Below, piece by piece: positions 57,454 to 64,000 of a DNA stretch of 64,000 nt. How positions within the stretch are numbered: position 1 is the first letter of the stretch; every line of letters begins with the position of its first letter. Made by a program: the position numbers and the translations under genes. Location: positions 1-64,000 of the IMG/VR virus record IMGVR_UViG_3300031420_000003. One strand, 5' to 3'. The notes beneath the pieces were generated by a model that was not told where the DNA came from, ran no database searches, and was given only the letters and a program-made list of their open reading frames with translations. This stretch comes from a virus.

Positions 57454-58056
57454 TTAGAAACGACTGACGGTCATTTCACCCCGGCCCATCTCATGAACAC
57501 CATCCACTTGCTCTGGTGTCAGTTTGTACAGTTGAAGCTTGCTCAGGAGGGTTTCCATTTCCTGACGGGCGAGGATGCCAACCTTCTCCTTGGCTTTCAT
57601 CACGATGCTTTCTACCTTCATGGTATCCACCGCACCGAACAAGTCGTTCAGGGATTCCATTTGGAAGGTCAGGGTGCGCTCACCGTTCTCCCCACAGGCC
57701 ACAAAGGTTTCGTGAGCATTCAGGTGCACGTAGCTTTCCAAGTCCGCCACACCCTTTACAAACGCCTCTTCAACCCGCAGGGCCAGTTCATCCACCGTGT
57801 CCCAGCCATTGACGCCAATCGTGAACGTCTTTTGCAGCACGTCCTTGGCTTGGTCGACCACGAGCGAGGTCAGCTCATCGACAATCTTCGAAGCTTCGAC
57901 CACGTGGTGAACCTTGTCAGTGTCTTTGCGCAAATCGCGTTCGTACTTACTGATAATGTCGTGGAGCTCGAAGTTCAGGTCTTTACGCAGGTCAACCATC
58001 AGCTCACTGATTTTCCCTGCCTGTTCACCGAGTGCCATATTCAAAATGACTTGCAT
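57454..58056 (-). CDS. Hypothetical helical protein (paralog array)
   Basis: AAGGAG SD; starts MQVILNM. Confidence 0.75.
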   Translation of the reverse strand: MQVILNMALGEQAGKISELMVDLRKDLNFELHDIISKYERDLRKDTDKVHHVVEASKIVDELTSLVVDQAKDVLQKTFTIGVNGWDTVDELALRVEEAFVKGVADLESYVHLNAHETFVACGENGERTLTFQMESLNDLFGAVDTMKVESIVMKAKEKVGILARQEMETLLSKLQLYKLTPEQVDGVHEMGRGEMTVSRF

Positions 58057-58058
58057 GG

Positions 58059-58676
58059 TTACTCCTTAAAGAGCGCAAAGAAACGATCGCGCTCTGCTTC
58101 AACATCGAGAATCATAACGTGCTTGTGACGCATCGCATCAGCACGTGGGACAAAGGCATCCCAATCCGCCCGCCACATGTAGGGGCCGTGTGGGTACTTC
58201 ACAATTAGGTTGCCCCACTCTTGCTCGCTTTGGATTATCTCCCGCTCCTCAACATAGCAGGGACTCTCCATGGAGCCTGCAAACCACAGGGTGTGATTCA
58301 ACAGGTCTTCATCACGAGCAAACACCAATGGCATGTCGAGCGCGGCCTTTACCTCACTGACACTGCCGAGGTAGCTGCGGTTCACATCCATCGAGTGGCG
58401 TGGAAAGTTATCAAAGTCCCCCATCAAAGCTAAGAGAACCTGACGTACTTTTTTCATCATTCGGGGGTCAACAAACTCATCCGCGAGGGCGAGTTCCAAT
58501 CCACCTTCGTGCACGATAAAGCGTAACGCAGACCACATGCCGGATAGGGGTGCCCAGTCAGCGATGTAATCCTGTCTGGCAATCTCCCGTGCCACGAGAA
58601 GGTAGGCTGTCTTGACTGCCTCCTCATGGAAGGTGAGCCGTTTAAGATAATCCTCAAGCGAGAAGAGGATGTGCAT
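58059..58676 (-). CDS. Hypothetical protein
   Basis: ORF 58059..58712; probable start at MHILF. Confidence 0.7.
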   Translation of the reverse strand: MHILFSLEDYLKRLTFHEEAVKTAYLLVAREIARQDYIADWAPLSGMWSALRFIVHEGGLELALADEFVDPRMMKKVRQVLLALMGDFDNFPRHSMDVNRSYLGSVSEVKAALDMPLVFARDEDLLNHTLWFAGSMESPCYVEEREIIQSEQEWGNLIVKYPHGPYMWRADWDAFVPRADAMRHKHVMILDVEAERDRFFALFKE

Positions 58677-58677
58677 T

Positions 58678-59118
58678 TTAACTTGCTGCATTGAAAGGCT
58701 CCAATAAAGCATGGGACATCAACAAGTCGACGGCGCGAATCACCTGATACTGATTGAACACCAAGTGCGTCGCGTTGTACTGTATCTCCACGTAGTTGTG
58801 CTCGAGCATCCGTTGTATCTCGTTGCTGAGATGGTGAACCGGGTGACGTGAGAAACCCTCTAGATAGAGCAGGAACTGGTGAACACGTCGCCACTCTATC
58901 TCGGGCATTTTGTTCGCTACCCAGTCGGCACGTAGATCCAGAATCGCTTTGAGCAAGTCTTCGCCGATGATATCCCTGTTACTGTTCGCGGCCCGCATTA
59001 AAAAATATTTAACCGCCGTGCGGGTCCAATTAAGGCTCTCGCTGGCGGGTAAATCTTGATACTTCTGGAGAAAGAGCCTATCCACGTACATCAGCGATTC
59101 ACTTTGTACGGTTAACAT
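58678..59118 (-). CDS. Hypothetical protein (146 aa)
   Basis: AAGGAG SD. Confidence 0.7.
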   Translation of the reverse strand: MLTVQSESLMYVDRLFLQKYQDLPASESLNWTRTAVKYFLMRAANSNRDIIGEDLLKAILDLRADWVANKMPEIEWRRVHQFLLYLEGFSRHPVHHLSNEIQRMLEHNYVEIQYNATHLVFNQYQVIRAVDLLMSHALLEPFNAAS

Positions 59119-59120
59119 TG

Positions 59121-59483
59121 CTACTCCTTAAGAGTAATCTCCTTTCCCACTGGCCAGTTCAGTCGCATCTGCTGTGATGCCCGTACCAGTTTGATAATCA
59201 AGTCACGCTTCTCGTTACGATAGAGCGACAAGGCCATCGTGGGCAAGAACGCTGCCCGGTGGAGTCTTGACGGACAGCCCATGCACGCAATCACCTTGGT
59301 CTGCGACTTGATAGACTCATGTTGCAGCGCCGCGAGTTGCTGTGAATAGACTTCGTTATCGATCATCTGCACATCGGGAAGAGCATGCCTAACAAGTGGG
59401 ATAAGGTGGCGCGGTGTGAGAATAAGGATGGCACCACTGGGGGATTTCTCCGCCCAGCTGTTCACCTGTTCGGCTAGTTTCAC
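59121..59483 (-). CDS. Hypothetical alpha/beta protein (120 aa)
   Basis: GAGG SD; GTGA overlap with the upstream gene. Confidence 0.65.
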   Translation of the reverse strand: MKLAEQVNSWAEKSPSGAILILTPRHLIPLVRHALPDVQMIDNEVYSQQLAALQHESIKSQTKVIACMGCPSRLHRAAFLPTMALSLYRNEKRDLIIKLVRASQQMRLNWPVGKEITLKE

Positions 59484-59857
59484 GCCGGGACCTCTTGAAT
59501 GAACGCCCAGATATCACTTGGACGTTGTTCCAGACTGCGGAACTTCTCACAGCGGACATTGATGTTATCGCCATCTTGCCAGACGTGCAGCGAGATGTCT
59601 GCTTCGCTAGTGAGCATGATGTGCGGGTTGTGGCACTCGACCACCACACATGGCCAGTCAGTTCTGTCTTTGACGCTATCTACCCGCATGTCGCGAATCA
59701 CATCACGCGCCAGCACATCGAAATGCCCTTCCGGCAGTTCACTACGCACCCACGCCATTGCTTTGTGTTCGACAGTCAGCAAGAACAGGCCGCCTTCAAC
59801 ACTGGTGTTCTTGCGGCTTTCTTTAATCAGACGTGCAATCAGGCCATTCAGTTTCAT
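59480..59857 (-). CDS. Hypothetical alpha/beta protein (125 aa)
   Basis: AAGGA SD. Confidence 0.7.
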   Translation of the reverse strand: MKLNGLIARLIKESRKNTSVEGGLFLLTVEHKAMAWVRSELPEGHFDVLARDVIRDMRVDSVKDRTDWPCVVVECHNPHIMLTSEADISLHVWQDGDNINVRCEKFRSLEQRPSDIWAFIQEVPA

Positions 59858-59881
59858 TGTATTAATCCTTGCAGTAATGTA

Positions 59882-60601
59882 TTAGACCGGTTCCATAAAG
59901 GCGACTGCCTCTGGAGTTAAATGACACAACGTCACAGGCTCACCCTGTGGGATCGTAATACGTGGGGATTCCGCCACCATGCATCCTGTCCACAGGTAAA
60001 ACTCCATGCCGTCATCTTTCGAGATTTCGTAGAGCACACTGCCAAACCCGTTGACATAGGGGCCATGCCACTGCGGTTCATAATCGCCTTCTTGGATTGC
60101 AAACACCGAGGGGTTATCTTCCCAGATGCGCAAATCCATGGCATACGTATCCAGCCAAAATCCGGTGATGTTGTGCTGTCGACGCAACGCCAGTAAGTCC
60201 TGGTACGGCTTAGCCAAACGTTCAGCCAGCTCATCCAGAAACTTGTCCCCCTCACCCAGCACCGCCTCAACGAATTCCATGAAGAGCAACACTTCCCCTT
60301 CAATCACATCGTCTTGGTCTTCGTGGGTGTAATCGTTGTAAATATCCTCGAGACTGAACTCGAGTTCATGAATGTTAAAATCGCGGCCAAGATTGACCGC
60401 ATCCAACATACCCGTAATCGCGATTGCAAACGTCTTAACAAACATCGGGAACGAGCCGAGAAAGAAATCATCTCGGCGCACCCACAGTTCAGGTCGAGCA
60501 GCAAGCTTCTCCGGGCAGTAGCGTTCCCAAATCTTATCAAATAACTTAATCGCCGCAGGCGTTGTATAATGAAAGAGTTCGGGGATAACCACACGTAACA
60601 T
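59882..60601 (-). CDS. Hypothetical acidic protein (239 aa)
   Basis: AGGAG SD; directly behind a promoter motif. Confidence 0.75.
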   Translation of the reverse strand: MLRVVIPELFHYTTPAAIKLFDKIWERYCPEKLAARPELWVRRDDFFLGSFPMFVKTFAIAITGMLDAVNLGRDFNIHELEFSLEDIYNDYTHEDQDDVIEGEVLLFMEFVEAVLGEGDKFLDELAERLAKPYQDLLALRRQHNITGFWLDTYAMDLRIWEDNPSVFAIQEGDYEPQWHGPYVNGFGSVLYEISKDDGMEFYLWTGCMVAESPRITIPQGEPVTLCHLTPEAVAFMEPV

Positions 60602-60622
60602 AAGTGACTCCTAACGATTTAC

Positions 60623-60641
60623 CACGGAGATAATATCTATC
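60623..60641 (-). promoter_or_regulatory. Phage promoter motif GATAGATATTAT-N4-GTG
   Basis: Exact copy filling a 40-bp intergenic gap. Confidence 0.7.
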
Positions 60642-61379
60642 TTAAAGCTTTTTCAGCTCTTCAACGATACGGGGCAGAAGCTCGTAAACTTCCACGTCCT
60701 CACCCGGTTTAGGGGCAAGCATGGTCGGGAAGGTTTCGGGCAGGATAAACGCATCGCCTTGAACCACGAACGCATGGTCTAATCCCAACACCGCATCCTT
60801 GGCATCTTCGCATTTGACGATGGCAATGAACGTCCACTCCAGCGGTTCAATAAACGGCAGGATAACCTTGTTGTTTTCCATCTGCTTGATAAGCATGTCA
60901 CGGGTCATGTAAATCCCCGTGTAGTTATCAATCATGAAGGAGTCTTTCCCCAACAGGTTATACACCTCGTCCATGAACTGCTCGACGAACCACTGCATCG
61001 CCCCTTCCAGTAACGCAGACAGCGGACGGGTGCTGACGATGTGGGCAAAGAACTCCCCGACAGTGACATTGGGTGACAGGTGATTCTCCAGCGCCGGGTC
61101 AGTGAAATACTCGGCCATGGCATCGCCGTAGACATCAAAGCTTGTCAGCGACGGCGTCAGCATCGTACGGGCATTGGCCAGCGCTATCCCTTCCAGCAGG
61201 ATGTTGGCAACCATCCACCGCGCAGCCGCAGTGGTGGTCTCATCAATCGCCTTCTGCTCGGTCGGGGTCAGCTTCATGGCTTTGCCGTAGCGATAAAACG
61301 CCATGCCGTAATACTCAGCCAACGCCTCAACGAGTTTGCCACTGTGCATGGTCAGAACATGACTAAAAACACGCAACAT
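60642..61379 (-). CDS. Hypothetical protein (245 aa), possible paralog of 59882..60601
   Basis: GAGG SD; shared MLRV start and similar C-terminus. Confidence 0.75.
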   Translation of the reverse strand: MLRVFSHVLTMHSGKLVEALAEYYGMAFYRYGKAMKLTPTEQKAIDETTTAAARWMVANILLEGIALANARTMLTPSLTSFDVYGDAMAEYFTDPALENHLSPNVTVGEFFAHIVSTRPLSALLEGAMQWFVEQFMDEVYNLLGKDSFMIDNYTGIYMTRDMLIKQMENNKVILPFIEPLEWTFIAIVKCEDAKDAVLGLDHAFVVQGDAFILPETFPTMLAPKPGEDVEVYELLPRIVEELKKL

Positions 61380-61386
61380 AAAAGCC

Positions 61387-62907
61387 TCACTTAATCTCAG
61401 TCGGCAGGATGCGGTTTGCAGCGTAGTAGGCCATCCATAACCCGTTATACTCCTCCCCGAGATAAATCACTGCATAACGCACATAACGCTCCTCAGGACG
61501 CCAGCAAGCCACGTAGAAGCGACCAGTGGGTTCTTTGATGCGGTTGATGTCCGTACGTTGGGGTAAGTCGATACCTCGCGTCAGGATAATGGGAATGGTT
61601 TGCGTGTCGTTGTTTGGGATCTTTGCCTGAATCTCAAACGCCTTGTCGACGTTACGGTAAATGTCTTTCGACGGTTTACCTTTCTCATCGAACAAGATGT
61701 CCGTGATGTCGTTTAAGACAATGTGCTGTTCCTTTTGCATCACTGACTTTAACATCTGGGCTAACTCATCGCGAAAACCGATCGCACGATAAGAGAGCAG
61801 CGCCGGACGCAGAATACGACTGATGGCCAAGTCCTCAAAGAACCACACGTTGCGGTCTTCTGAGAATGTCATGCGCTCAATCGGGATACCTTCTTTACAC
61901 GCCACTTGGAACTTCTTACGCTTTAAGAAATCCCCGGTGATAATGGAGATAGGGTCAAAGCGCTTCAGTGGCGGGGTTTCCTGCCATGCATTGTTCGCAT
62001 GGGCATTGGCCAAGAAGTAGAGATTCTCCCACGGTTTCTTGGCAAACGTCACCGAGAACATCGCATCGGGAATCATCTTACCCAGCAGCACAATATCATC
62101 TTTGTCTTTGGCGTGGTTGCCAGAGAAAAGGTAATACCACTGCTCGCCGTTCACCGTACACATCGGATGCGGTTCGTTGACCTGCACGTAGTGGAACTTC
62201 TGCGTGTTGATGGCAGGCAACAGGGAAAGGTTAATGCCAACGTCAATCGCCTCTTCCTTTTCCGCTTTCTGAGGCAATTCCTCAATCGTCCAGAACGGGC
62301 GGTACTCCACGTTCTCAAACGTTGCGGTCATGGTCGAGCCAAGACGGGCCATCTTATCCGCCTGATCGTTGCCGTAGCGGTCAGAGTGACCTTTAATCTT
62401 CACGACCTTAACGGAGATGCCGTCTTTCTTAAAGCCCTGCTTGAGCTCCCAGATACGCTGCATCAGCTTGAGGTTCGCCACCGGCGTACCGTCTGCCCGT
62501 GTCCAGCCACGACTGGCCCAACCTTCGAGCCACTTGTTAAAAGAGTTCAACACGTAGGTCGCGTCGACGTGAATAATGTAGCTCTTTGCCTTAAACGGTG
62601 CACCATCGAAAGCCGAAATAAAGGCCACGAGTTCACCCACATCCGAGAATTGTTCTTTGGGTACTGGTATCGTACAGTTAACCCATTCGACTAAGCCCTC
62701 AGGCATCGTAGGCAACTTTTCCGCCTGCGAAATAATTTTGTACTCTTCCGGGGCGATTGCCTCCGGAACCCCGTCGGCGAAGTAGCCACGCTCTGATTTA
62801 AAATCAGCTTTGTTATACAGGTAGCCATGAATCCCCGCCCCCGAACCTAAGGGGGCAGTGGTGTGACTCCCGTCCGTGTATAGCACGGCGACGTCGTACT
62901 GTTTCAT
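61387..62907 (-). CDS. rnhA: Ribonuclease HI with a long C-terminal extension (phiKZ gp155-like)
   Basis: YTDGS, GELVAF, HVDATYV, W...GW..ADG.PVAN, KGHS...GNDQADKMA. Confidence 0.88.
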   Translation of the reverse strand: MKQYDVAVLYTDGSHTTAPLGSGAGIHGYLYNKADFKSERGYFADGVPEAIAPEEYKIISQAEKLPTMPEGLVEWVNCTIPVPKEQFSDVGELVAFISAFDGAPFKAKSYIIHVDATYVLNSFNKWLEGWASRGWTRADGTPVANLKLMQRIWELKQGFKKDGISVKVVKIKGHSDRYGNDQADKMARLGSTMTATFENVEYRPFWTIEELPQKAEKEEAIDVGINLSLLPAINTQKFHYVQVNEPHPMCTVNGEQWYYLFSGNHAKDKDDIVLLGKMIPDAMFSVTFAKKPWENLYFLANAHANNAWQETPPLKRFDPISIITGDFLKRKKFQVACKEGIPIERMTFSEDRNVWFFEDLAISRILRPALLSYRAIGFRDELAQMLKSVMQKEQHIVLNDITDILFDEKGKPSKDIYRNVDKAFEIQAKIPNNDTQTIPIILTRGIDLPQRTDINRIKEPTGRFYVACWRPEERYVRYAVIYLGEEYNGLWMAYYAANRILPTEIK

Positions 62908-63614
62908 TAACCCTCTCTCAGGAAATCTGTCGCAATGTATTCACCGGTGCGCATCTGCTCGTGAGCTTCCAGCATACGCGGGAAACCGTGGGTACGGGCA
63001 ATCAGTGCCAAGTGGTAGAAACGTGCGGTCAGATACCCTTCTTTAGCCGCATCGAAACCGGCATGATGCTCGGTGTAATCTTTGCCGCGTGTCCAGTTGT
63101 GTGCTTCTGCATCCATGTCCGGCTGCAGACCGAATGCGTGGGCCAGTCGCTCTGCCGTACGGTCAGAGTCCAACATTGAGAACTTACGGAACTTGCCCGG
63201 GTTAACATCACACTGGGCAAAAGCGTTCATCAGAATCGGTGAATCAAAGTCGGGGCCACGCATAGTCAACACGAGCGGCTTGTTCCCTAAATCTTCAAGG
63301 AACTTACGGGCCGTCCAAAGTGCATCTTTGATGTTGGTGGTGCCTGAGAACGCTTCTTTACGAGCGGCTTCAGACGGGGCGTAATCCGGGTTGTCTTTGC
63401 CTTCCCACCACCCAATGGTCGCCGGGTCAGTATGGAAGACACGGCTGGCCTCCTCATCGTTCGGATTGATGGCCTGATACGAAGCGCCAATTAAGCGCAG
63501 GGTCGCGATATCAAACGCTGCCAGACCGATACTGAGAATATACGCATCCGGTCGCAGGGATTTGGTTTCGACGTCTGTGCCTACTACAATTGAGGGGATA
63601 ACTACGTTTTGCAT
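62907..63614 (-). CDS. DEDDh-family 3'-5' exonuclease
   Basis: DVET, GPDFD, HHAGFDA; GGAG SD favours the 63614 start. Confidence 0.8.
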   Translation of the reverse strand: MQNVVIPSIVVGTDVETKSLRPDAYILSIGLAAFDIATLRLIGASYQAINPNDEEASRVFHTDPATIGWWEGKDNPDYAPSEAARKEAFSGTTNIKDALWTARKFLEDLGNKPLVLTMRGPDFDSPILMNAFAQCDVNPGKFRKFSMLDSDRTAERLAHAFGLQPDMDAEAHNWTRGKDYTEHHAGFDAAKEGYLTARFYHLALIARTHGFPRMLEAHEQMRTGEYIATDFLREG

Positions 63615-63658
63615 TATATTGCGCTCCATTGGATATACATTAGAAATGTTGATGACGT

Positions 63659-63698
63659 AAAATAAAAGATACCCTCCACCGCCCGAAGGAGGTGGAGG
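63659..63698 (-). terminator. Intrinsic terminator
   Basis: cctccacc...ggtggagg stem with a UUCG loop on the minus strand and a U-rich tail. Confidence 0.7.
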
Positions 63699-63704
63699 AT
63701 ACAC

Positions 63705-63992
63705 TTAGTTTAAACAGGTCTTCTCGTGTTCAGAAAAGTTATGCCGGAACGCCTTACGGTCAGACCGGTAGTTCTCAAGAATTTGGCGAAACTGATTAGC
63801 GATGTCCTGACTAATCTGTTCTGCACTGCGAGAGTTACGGTCAAGCGTAATGCGGTCTGGAATCGGATGGAGGTCCGGTGTTTCAAACTCTTCGCACAAA
63901 GGTGCGACCCGAGGTGGATGCCAACCACGCGCTGCGACATATTCGTTGAGATCTCGTGCGTACTTATAGACATAATACGCATAGATGTTCAC
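63705..63992 (-). CDS. Hypothetical protein, probably 5'-truncated by the window edge
   Basis: ORF ends just before a terminator; true start may lie beyond 64000. Confidence 0.5.
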   Translation of the reverse strand: MNIYAYYVYKYARDLNEYVAARGWHPPRVAPLCEEFETPDLHPIPDRITLDRNSRSAEQISQDIANQFRQILENYRSDRKAFRHNFSEHEKTCLN

Positions 63993-64000
63993 GTCGATAA

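Noticed and set aside
63615-63704. N-terminal extension MYPPPPSGGGG of the exonuclease
   Set aside because: It is translation through a terminator hairpin; the SD supports a start at 63614

Overview
This 64 kb window is from a phiKZ-like (Chimalliviridae-type) jumbo myophage, most like the enterobacterial SPN3US/Erwinia group. That assignment rests on motifs and recalled gene order, not on a database search. Core genes are the large terminase, baseplate/tail genes with sheath and tube, the prohead protease, four subunits of the split virion RNA polymerase, a 2436-aa tape measure/lytic transglycosylase, UvsX, RNase H, a DEDDh exonuclease and thymidylate synthase. The strongest leads are outside these genes. 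(1) A ~750-nt densely base-paired non-coding element (1680-2440) is a candidate large minus-strand RNA, next to (2) a symmetric, GATC-rich, AT-core element (2488-2670) resembling a replication origin. (3) A five-copy promoter-like motif GATAGAT(A/G)TTAT-N4-GTG. (4) A nucleotide-handling cluster holds an intact MazG and an apparently dead MazG paralog, a 62-aa peptide that looks like a free ribonucleotide-reductase redox tail, a CYTH enzyme behind a probable prohead-protease cleavage site and a NADAR-like protein. (5) A degenerate DNA-ligase-fold protein, an ADP-ribosyltransferase-like protein and a tandem array of divergent helical paralogs. No tRNA, rRNA, CRISPR array, intron or intein was recognised.
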